A DNA stretch of 64,000 bases from the NCBI GenBank assembly GCA_016222825.1, contig JACRQF010000024.1:1614-65613 (forward strand), written 5' to 3'. Below, one piece after another: positions 48,184-55,785 of the stretch (position 1 is the first letter of the stretch; every line of letters starts with the position of its first letter). Position numbers and translations under genes: made by a program. Source of the stretch: Verrucomicrobiota bacterium. GTDB lineage: Bacteria > Verrucomicrobiota > Verrucomicrobiia > CAIQCK01. The notes under the pieces are model-generated. The model made no database searches, was not told the DNA's origin, and was given only the letters and a program-made list of their open reading frames with translations.

Positions 48184-48854
48184 GCATGGACACCATCCTC
48201 GAACTGCGCGACGTCCAGAAACATTTCCGCCGGCCCGACGGCGTGGTGCAGGCGATGGATGGCGTCTCGTTGCGGATTGGCGCGGGCGAGTTCGTGGCGG
48301 TGCAGGGCCCGAGCGGCAGCGGCAAAACGACATTGCTCATGGCTGCCGGCGTCCTGATGCAGCCGGACAGCGGCGTAGTCGTCATCGCGGGCGAGGAACC
48401 TTACAAGCTCTCCGCCGAGCAACGCGCCGGGTTCCGCGCCGCACACATCGGCTTCGTCTTTCAACAGTTTCATCTCGTCCACTATCTCAACGTGCTCGAT
48501 AACGTCCTGACCGCCGCGCTCGCCCTGCCAGCTGATGACGCAGAGGAACGAGCGCGAGGGTTGATCGAGCGTTTCGGCCTCGCCAGCCGGGCGGGCCACG
48601 TGCCGTCGGAATTGAGCATTGGCGAACGCCAGCGCGCGGCGCTCGCCCGCGCGCTGTTGAACCGGCCCAAGCTGCTGCTGGCCGATGAACCGACGGGCAA
48701 TCTCGACGAAGAGAACGGCCGCTTGGTGCTCGACTGCCTCGCCGGGTTTGCGAAAGACGGCGGCGCGGTCTTGCTGGTGACCCACGACCCGAAGGCAGCC
48801 GGCTTCTCGCACCGCGCGCTGCGCATGGAGAACGGCAAGCTGGCTGCCGGCTGA
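48180..48854 (+). CDS. LolD-like ABC ATP-binding protein
   Basis: GPSGSGKT, FVFQQF, LSIGERQR, LLLADEPTGNLD, VTHD. Confidence 0.93.
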   Translation: MSMDTILELRDVQKHFRRPDGVVQAMDGVSLRIGAGEFVAVQGPSGSGKTTLLMAAGVLMQPDSGVVVIAGEEPYKLSAEQRAGFRAAHIGFVFQQFHLVHYLNVLDNVLTAALALPADDAEERARGLIERFGLASRAGHVPSELSIGERQRAALARALLNRPKLLLADEPTGNLDEENGRLVLDCLAGFAKDGGAVLLVTHDPKAAGFSHRALRMENGKLAAG

Positions 48855-48861
48855 GCCGCTG

Positions 48862-50556
48862 CTAGCGGCGCTTCGGATACCACGGTTTCGCCGGCCCGGC
48901 ATACGGGCCGGTCGAGAGGAACTTGATCAACTCGTCGTTCAGATAAGCGAGGGAGAAGAAGAGGTTGCCGTGCGCGGCGTTGTCGCGGCACATGTCGAGT
49001 TGCGAACGCACGAGGTCGAGGTCGCGCGTGGAGGTTTTGCCGCCTGCGCGCGAGTAGATGCTGAGGCCGGGGATGATCCGCTCCATCTGCGGGTCGGCCG
49101 CGCGCCACTCCGCGAACGCCTTCGCCAAGTCTTCGTTCTTCTCCGTGTAGGCCATTGGCAGCACGTAGTCCATGCAACCCTCGCGCAGCCAGCCATACCA
49201 GTCCTGGCAGACCTTGTCGGCCGACTCCTTCTTGTAGAACACCGCCGCGTTCACCCACGCGCGCGGCTTGAGCTTCTTCGCGCCTTTGTAAACCGCGCGC
49301 ACCAACTCCGTCACGGTCCATGTGCGATACTCCACCCACTTCTCCATCCGCTGGCGTTCCTTCACTGCGTCCACCGGCGGACCCGGCTTCAACACGTCCT
49401 GATCAGGCGCGGGCGAAATAACCTTCCAGCCGTGGAAGAATGCCGCCTGCCCGCGCAGCCCGGTCACGCGCTGCAACGGCGCGTGCTTGATGGCGAACAC
49501 CGGCCCGTCCACGAACAAACAGTGCCCACCCGCTCGCACGAAACTCTCCAGCCACGTCGCCGTGTCCTCGGTTATCAGGTATTGGCCCACGAGCACGACC
49601 GTCGCGCCCTTCGGCACTTTCGCCAGCGCGCTCTCGTCAATCAGCTTCATCGGCAAACCCAGCTCCCTCAACCAGACTCGCGCCTTCTCCTGCTCGGTTA
49701 CGCGATACTTCGCCGCCGTCTGCGTCGTGTTGAGTTGATACGTGTTCTTCGCAGTCGTGCCGAAACGCTTCAGCGTCTCCTTCACGAAGATGTCCAGTGC
49801 CAGACAGGAGCGGCTCGCCGCCTGCCAGTTCACCAGCACCGCCTCGCCTGCGTCGAGCCGGTTCACGGTGATGGCCGGCACGCCGTGATCGAACGTCGCG
49901 AGCACTTTGGCGGTCGTCGGCTTGCCGAGTGGATTTGAGCCGATGCTGAGCAGCGCAGGGAACTGCTCCTCGGAACGCTTCATCGGCCGGAAACCATGTT
50001 TCTGCTCGAACTCCTGCTGGCAATGGTCGCAGTAGCAGATGACCTGGCCGGAGTAGCGGATGTAATCGAAATGGAGACCGTCCACGTCGTAGTTCTTCAG
50101 GCACTCCAGCATCAGGTCGCGCTGGAAATCGCGCACCGCCGGTTTGCCGAGGTCATACCACGCCTCGCCGCTCCGCCCGCCCTGCAATTGCCAGTCGGGG
50201 TGTTGTGTGAACACGCCGCTCGTCACAGGGCCGCCGTAGCTGCCATTGACGAACCACGCATGGACCGCGATGCCGCGCGCATGGGCGAGCTTCACCAAGT
50301 TGCCGAGCGGGTCGAAACCATCCGGCACGTCGGCGGCCATTGGCGAGAGCTTACTCTTGAACCACGCCGTGCCGCCGCGATGCCAGACGAGCGGATAGAT
50401 GGCGTTGAGATGCGCTGCGGCGATTTTGCCGATCCACTCCTCGGCGAGTTGCGGCGTCTTGTATTGCTCCGGGTGCAGCCAGACGCCGCGATGTTCGAGG
50501 GTCGCGCCGAAACTGGCTGCGGTCGCGAGCAGCACTGCCAACAGATGGGTTTTCAT
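48862..50556 (-). CDS. GHL10 (DUF187) glycosyl hydrolase-like protein with inserted domain
   Basis: RGVW, FDPL..HARGIAVHAW, YDVDGLHFDYIRY, QDWYGWL..DYVLPMAY. Confidence 0.8.
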   Translation of the reverse strand: MKTHLLAVLLATAASFGATLEHRGVWLHPEQYKTPQLAEEWIGKIAAAHLNAIYPLVWHRGGTAWFKSKLSPMAADVPDGFDPLGNLVKLAHARGIAVHAWFVNGSYGGPVTSGVFTQHPDWQLQGGRSGEAWYDLGKPAVRDFQRDLMLECLKNYDVDGLHFDYIRYSGQVICYCDHCQQEFEQKHGFRPMKRSEEQFPALLSIGSNPLGKPTTAKVLATFDHGVPAITVNRLDAGEAVLVNWQAASRSCLALDIFVKETLKRFGTTAKNTYQLNTTQTAAKYRVTEQEKARVWLRELGLPMKLIDESALAKVPKGATVVLVGQYLITEDTATWLESFVRAGGHCLFVDGPVFAIKHAPLQRVTGLRGQAAFFHGWKVISPAPDQDVLKPGPPVDAVKERQRMEKWVEYRTWTVTELVRAVYKGAKKLKPRAWVNAAVFYKKESADKVCQDWYGWLREGCMDYVLPMAYTEKNEDLAKAFAEWRAADPQMERIIPGLSIYSRAGGKTSTRDLDLVRSQLDMCRDNAAHGNLFFSLAYLNDELIKFLSTGPYAGPAKPWYPKRR

Positions 50557-50666
50557 TTCAGGATGATCGCGGGCACGCCGGTGATGCACCCGCCACAAAG
50601 ACTCAGGATGCCCCGCACCAGGCTCCAGATGGCAGGCACCAAGGGATGGACCGTCGGGTTTGACAT
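50553..50666 (-). pseudogene. 37-aa ORF resembling a truncated DUF4190 membrane domain
   Basis: MSNPTVHPLVPAIWSLVRGILSLCGGCITGVPAIILK*. Its stop overlaps the GHL10 ATG (ATGA). Confidence 0.5.
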
Positions 50667-50743
50667 GAGATGGATCCTTTGCAGCTGTGGTTTATCATGC
50701 CGCGCCGGATGTTTCAAGAACTCCGCGCCCGCCACCGGTTCAG

Positions 50744-50773
50744 TTGGATTCCGCGCCGTTGTCGTTGTAGAAT
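50744..50773 (+). promoter_or_regulatory. Putative sigma70 promoter of the AKR gene
   Basis: TTGGAT-N18-TAGAAT. Confidence 0.35.
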
Positions 50774-50815
50774 CCAGCGCCGTCGAGATCGTCAACCATG
50801 CAACGGAGACCAGAC

Positions 50816-51718
50816 ATGCAATCGAGCCGAATGAACCGCCGCCAGTTCCTCCACCGCACCGCCACCATCGTCACCGCCGCCGTGTTGCCGCCATCGCTGC
50901 TCCACGCCGCAGGCGCGACGAAGCGCACCGCCACGGACCAGGTCGCCCTCGGCCGGACGGGACTGAAGATCAGCCGGCTCGGTTTCGGCGCAGGCTCCAA
51001 CAGCGGCAACGTCCAGCGCAACCTCGGCCAGGAGACGTTCAACAAACTCATCCGCTACGCCCACGAGCGCGGCATCACCTACATTGACTGCGCGCAGAGC
51101 TACAAGACGTTCGAGTGGATCGGCGACGCCATCAAGGGCCTGCCGCGCGAGAAGGTCTTCCTCCAGTCGAAGATCGGCGGCAAGCCGGAGGACGTGCTCG
51201 CGGCGATTGACAAGCACCGCAAGGTCTATAACACCGACTACATTGACTCCGTGCTCATCCACTGCATGGTCAAGACCGGCTGGACCGACGAGTGGAAGCG
51301 CATCATGGACGGCTTCGACGAGGCCAAGTCGCGGAAGTGGATTCGCGCCAAGGGCGTTTCCTGCCACAGCCTGCCCGCGCTCAAAGCCGGCGCCGACTGC
51401 GACTGGACGGACGTGCATCTGGTCCGCGTCAACCCGCAGGGCCACGTTATGGACACGCCGGAGCAAAAGTGGAACGCCACAAGTGACGCCAGCCGCGTCG
51501 GCCCGGTGATGGCGGAAATCAAGAAGATGCACGCCAAAGGCCACGGGGTCATCGGCATGAAGATCATCGGCAACGGCGACTTCACCAATGCCGAGGACCG
51601 CGAGAAGTCCATCCGCTTCGCCATGTCCCAACCGGAAATCCACTCCGTCGTCATCGGCTTCAAGAGCGCCGCGGAGATAGACGAAGCCATCGAGCGCATC
51701 AACCGCGCGCTGGCGTAA
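50816..51718 (+). CDS. Tat-exported aldo/keto reductase
   Basis: NRRQFL, LGRTGLKISRLGFG, YIDCAQSY, LQSK, KGVSCH, GMKIIG. GGAG before ATG 50816. Confidence 0.88.
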   Translation: MQSSRMNRRQFLHRTATIVTAAVLPPSLLHAAGATKRTATDQVALGRTGLKISRLGFGAGSNSGNVQRNLGQETFNKLIRYAHERGITYIDCAQSYKTFEWIGDAIKGLPREKVFLQSKIGGKPEDVLAAIDKHRKVYNTDYIDSVLIHCMVKTGWTDEWKRIMDGFDEAKSRKWIRAKGVSCHSLPALKAGADCDWTDVHLVRVNPQGHVMDTPEQKWNATSDASRVGPVMAEIKKMHAKGHGVIGMKIIGNGDFTNAEDREKSIRFAMSQPEIHSVVIGFKSAAEIDEAIERINRALA

Positions 51719-51748
51719 CGCCGCCGCCGGGCGGTTGAACCGCGATGG

Positions 51749-51780
51749 CCCCTCACTCTCCCCATCGGATGAGGGAGAGG
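51749..51780. repeat. CCCTCxxxCTCTCCC...GGGAGAGG-type palindromic intergenic element
   Basis: Stem CTCTCCC (51756-62) / GGGAGAG (51773-79). Confidence 0.5.
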
Positions 51781-51949
51781 ATGAGCACGCCGAAGCGACG
51801 ATCAAATTGCGCTCGCGGATGATCCGGGACGCGAAAAACAATTCGTCGAGAACCGCTCCGGAGGCTAATGTTGGCGGTTCGAGAACAATGAGGTTTCAAC
51901 ATGACAACAGGCCGGCACTGAGAACCATGCCGGAGTCGGGGAGGGCGGC

Positions 51950-53536
51950 TTGAACGCGCGGAGAGCCACGCCTTGGGTCGCCTGTTTGCTGGTGGTGCTG
52001 GGGATCGTGCTGGTCGGGCTGCGGGCCTACACGCGGCGTGAGTCACAGCTTGCCAGCGGCGAGAGTTTGTGGCGGCTGACCTACACGGTGAAGTTCCAGA
52101 CGGAGAAAGCCGGGGCACGGTTGAGCGCGGCGTTTCCGTTCGATTCGGCGCATTGCCGCGTGTTCCGGCAGAACGTGCTCCATCCGGAGTTGCAGCCGGA
52201 GCGGCTCCGATCGCCATTGATGGCGTCGCGGGAAATTGATCTGCTGACGCTCCAGCCCGGCGAACAGAGCATGACGGCGAGGTTCGACATTCATCTGAGC
52301 CGCCGCGCGCGGTTCCGCGCCAACGATCAGGAGCCTGTCCTGTCCACGCAGGCGCGGGCGGAATGGCTGCGCAGCGACAAGATGGTGCAGGCGGACAATC
52401 CAGTGGTGGCGGAGACGCTGCAGAACATCCGCCGCGACACGCCAGAATCGGGGGATCTAGTGCGGCGATTGTTCGAGTTTTGCCACAATCAGATCGCGGC
52501 AGGCGAGGAAGGAGCGCCGTCCGACGCGCTTGGCACGCTTCAGAAACAAGCTGGCACGCCACTCGGCCGCGCGCGGGCGTTGGTGGCGCTTTGCCGTGCG
52601 AACAAGACGCCGGCGCGGGTTGTGACAGGGTTTGTCATGGAGGAGAACGACTCGCTCAAACCGCGCGTCTGGGTGGAGGTCTGGAGCGGCAAGCGATGGG
52701 AACCTTATGAACCGGAAAACGGATTCGCGCGCGAACTGCCCTACAACTACCTCGCCGTGCGACGCGACGGCGGCGAGGTCGTGCGCCTGACGCGCGGCAG
52801 CGGTTTGGAGACGCAGTTCGCCGCGCTGCGGTTGCCGCCGGGGCCGGGCGCGGGCCGGCCCAAGCACGGCAGCCTGGTGGCGCTCGCGGACCTGACGCGG
52901 CTGCCGCTGGAGATGCACGAGGTGTTGTCGCTCATCCTGCTGCTGCCGATCGGCGGCCTCGTGACGGCGTTCTTCCGCACCATCGTCGGCATCCGCACGT
53001 TCGGCACGTTCACGCCAACGCTGATCGCGCTGAGCTTTGTGTTCGCCGACTGGCGGACGGGCGTTTTCGTTTTCGTGTTCGTGCTCCTGGCGGGCCTGGT
53101 GAGCCGCGCGTTTCTGGACCGGCTGAAGCTGCTGATGGTGCCGCGGCTAAGCACGGTGCTGACGCTGGTGGTGCTTTGCATCATCTTCTGCGTGTCGCTG
53201 CTGGACATGCTGCGGCTGACGCCTGGCGCGCAGGCGGTGTTGTTGCCGATGGTAATCCTGACGATGACCATCGAGCGGTTCTACCTGACGAGCGAGGAGG
53301 ACGGGACGGGGTTCGCGCTTCAATTGCTTGCGGGCACGGTCGTCGTCGCGCTCTGCTGCTATGTCGTGCTGCGATGGGGCGCGGTGGGGCGGTTTCTGTT
53401 CGCGTTCCCGGAGGCGCACCTCATCACCATCGCCGCGCTGATCCTGATGGGGCGCTACACCGGCTACCGGCTGTCGGAGCTGCTGCGGTTCCGTGATTTC
53501 GGCCCGGCCCACAAACCCAAGGAGTCGCGGCCGTGA
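51950..53536 (+). CDS. Inactive transglutaminase-like protein with C-terminal 7TM domain
   Basis: ALVALCRANKTPARVVTG and VWVEV..WEPYEP transglutaminase-core pattern. LLLPIG..GIRTFGTF.P and LPMVILTMTIER 7TM pattern. Confidence 0.82.
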   Translation: MNARRATPWVACLLVVLGIVLVGLRAYTRRESQLASGESLWRLTYTVKFQTEKAGARLSAAFPFDSAHCRVFRQNVLHPELQPERLRSPLMASREIDLLTLQPGEQSMTARFDIHLSRRARFRANDQEPVLSTQARAEWLRSDKMVQADNPVVAETLQNIRRDTPESGDLVRRLFEFCHNQIAAGEEGAPSDALGTLQKQAGTPLGRARALVALCRANKTPARVVTGFVMEENDSLKPRVWVEVWSGKRWEPYEPENGFARELPYNYLAVRRDGGEVVRLTRGSGLETQFAALRLPPGPGAGRPKHGSLVALADLTRLPLEMHEVLSLILLLPIGGLVTAFFRTIVGIRTFGTFTPTLIALSFVFADWRTGVFVFVFVLLAGLVSRAFLDRLKLLMVPRLSTVLTLVVLCIIFCVSLLDMLRLTPGAQAVLLPMVILTMTIERFYLTSEEDGTGFALQLLAGTVVVALCCYVVLRWGAVGRFLFAFPEAHLITIAALILMGRYTGYRLSELLRFRDFGPAHKPKESRP

Positions 53537-54495
53537 CGACGCCAGGACGCCTCTGGGCCTGGCCGGGCGAACTGCGCGCGCGCGGCATTCTCGGCATCAA
53601 CCGCCGCAACGCCGACTTCGTCCTGCCCTCCAACCCGCGCTCGCACTACCCGCGCGTGGACGACAAGCTCCTGTCGAAGCGCTTCTGCGAAGAGCGCGGT
53701 ATTCCCGTCCCCGAAACCTACGCCATCATTGAGCAGGAGGGCGACATCCGCGGCTTCCCCGGCTGCGTGCGGGATCGGCCGCAGTTTGTCATCAAGCCGG
53801 CCAGCGGCAGCGGCGGGCGCGGCATCCTCGTGGTGGCGGAGCACGACGGCGTGAAGTTCCGCACGGCGGGCGGCGCGGAGTTGGAACTGGCCGAGGTGCG
53901 CTACCATCTCTCCACGATCATCTCCGGTCTTTACTCGCTGGGCGGCCAGCAGGACCGCGCGATCATCGAACAACGCATCATCCGCCACGCGGCGTTCGAG
54001 CGCATCGCCGTCGGCGGCACGCCGGACATCCGCGTGGTTCTCTACCGCAGCGTGCCGGTGATGGCGATGGTGCGCCTGCCGACGCGGGCGTCCCGCGGCA
54101 GGGCCAACCTCCACCAAGGCGCGGTGGCCGCGGCGGTGAACCTCCTCACGGGCGAGACGTTCGGCGGCGTCTGCAAGAACCATGTCATCTCTCGGCATCC
54201 CGACACTGGCGAGACCATCGAGGGGCTGCGAATTCCGTTCTGGGACAAACTTCTCGACGCGGCGCAGAAGCTCGCCGAGGCGCTGGAGATGGGCTACATC
54301 GGCGTGGACTTCGTGCTTGACGCCACCATCGGCCCCGTCGTGCTGGAGGCCAACGCCCGCCCCGGTCTCGCCATCCAGGTCGCCAACCGCTGCGGTCTGG
54401 CCCACCGGCTGGAATATCTCGACGCGCAGCCGCCGGAGGCGTTTGCGCCGGCGCGGCGCGCGGAACTGGTGGCGGCGTTGAGCGGGATGAAGTGA
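53533..54495 (+). CDS. Alpha-L-glutamate ligase-like ATP-grasp protein (RimK-related)
   Basis: VDDKL, FVIKPASGSGGRGI, PDIRV, RANLHQG, GVDFV, LEANARPGLAIQ. GTGA overlap with the upstream gene. Confidence 0.88.
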   Translation: MTTPGRLWAWPGELRARGILGINRRNADFVLPSNPRSHYPRVDDKLLSKRFCEERGIPVPETYAIIEQEGDIRGFPGCVRDRPQFVIKPASGSGGRGILVVAEHDGVKFRTAGGAELELAEVRYHLSTIISGLYSLGGQQDRAIIEQRIIRHAAFERIAVGGTPDIRVVLYRSVPVMAMVRLPTRASRGRANLHQGAVAAAVNLLTGETFGGVCKNHVISRHPDTGETIEGLRIPFWDKLLDAAQKLAEALEMGYIGVDFVLDATIGPVVLEANARPGLAIQVANRCGLAHRLEYLDAQPPEAFAPARRAELVAALSGMK

Positions 54496-54514
54496 TCGTC
54501 GCGCCGCCGCGGGG

Positions 54515-55753
54515 TCACGCCGCCTGCATCTTCCGCAGCCAGCGGATACCGCGGACGCCGACGACGCTCACCGCGATCAACGCGGCCAGCAGCATATACC
54601 ACGGCGCGAAGTCGCCCGCCGCCAGCGCCGTGTTCGTCTCGGCGACGCGGTGCTGGATCGAGTCAGCGACCTTGCCCATCGCCCAGTGCGCGAAGCTGGC
54701 GATGGTGCCGCCGACGGTAATGAACACGCCGAACGTCCGCCCGCGCAGCACGTCCGGCACGCTTTCCATCAACGCCGCCTCGGTGATTGGATAGTTTGCC
54801 AGCGTGAAGAAACCGTAGAGGCAAAGCGCGAGCCAGATCCATTCGCGCGGCGCCCAGGGGATCACCACCGCCAGCGCCGCCGTGCAGAGGATCGTCACGG
54901 TGCAGGCGAGGAAGCGGCGTTTGTCGCTGAGCGCGCCGAGCAGCGGGTTGCTCAACATGCCGGTCAGGAACATCAGGCCGAGCATCGCGCCCGTCGCCTT
55001 CGCGTCGAAGCCCAGGCCGCGTTGGAGGAAGAGCGAGTTGAATGTCGTGATGCCGCTCGTGCCGAAGTCGCGCAGGCTGAACGCCAGCGCCACCAGCGCC
55101 ACCGCCGTCAGCATCTTCCACTGCTTGCGCGTGCTGTGCTCTGTTGCGCGCTCCGTGGCGTGCGGCGCATCGTGCGGCTCGCGGGCGAAGAGTTGGAAGA
55201 GCACCGCCGCGACGATGCCGACGATGGCGAGTTCCAGGCACGGCTGTCGCCAGCCCGCCGCCTGCGCTCGCCAGCCTGAGTAAAACGGCGCGATGAAGAA
55301 CCCGAACGCCGCGCCGATGGCCGCGCGGCCGAGCGCCCAGCCAGGCCGTTCGGGAAACAGCGCCACCATCAGCGGCGTCGCCGCCGGATGGAAGAAGCTG
55401 CCGGCCAATCCCGCCAGCGCCATCCACGCAATGGCCCAGCCGTAGTTCGGCGCGCAGGCGAAACCGAGCATCGCCAGCCCGTTCATGAACGTGCCGATGA
55501 CCAGCAGCTTCTTCCGGCTCATCTTGTCGGCCAGAATGCCCATCGGCAGGCTCATCCCGAAATAGACCACGCCCTGCACCGTCACGAGCATCGTCGCCTG
55601 CCAGTCGCCGGTCAGGTGCAGATCGGCGCGGATCGCCAGATAAAGCGGCAGCAGCGCGAACTGGTAGATGTGCGTGATCGCGTGCAGCAAAGTGACCAGC
55701 CACAGCGACACATGCCGCTGCGCGAGGGTCAGTTCTTGGGCTTGCTTCGTCAT
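54515..55753 (-). CDS. MFS transporter (FSR-like)
   Basis: LHAITH, GILADKMSRK, GSFFHP, GALSDK, about 12 TM segments. Confidence 0.88.
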   Translation of the reverse strand: MTKQAQELTLAQRHVSLWLVTLLHAITHIYQFALLPLYLAIRADLHLTGDWQATMLVTVQGVVYFGMSLPMGILADKMSRKKLLVIGTFMNGLAMLGFACAPNYGWAIAWMALAGLAGSFFHPAATPLMVALFPERPGWALGRAAIGAAFGFFIAPFYSGWRAQAAGWRQPCLELAIVGIVAAVLFQLFAREPHDAPHATERATEHSTRKQWKMLTAVALVALAFSLRDFGTSGITTFNSLFLQRGLGFDAKATGAMLGLMFLTGMLSNPLLGALSDKRRFLACTVTILCTAALAVVIPWAPREWIWLALCLYGFFTLANYPITEAALMESVPDVLRGRTFGVFITVGGTIASFAHWAMGKVADSIQHRVAETNTALAAGDFAPWYMLLAALIAVSVVGVRGIRWLRKMQAA

Positions 55754-55785
55754 CGTTGTTTGCGACAATAGCGACCGCGCCTGAC

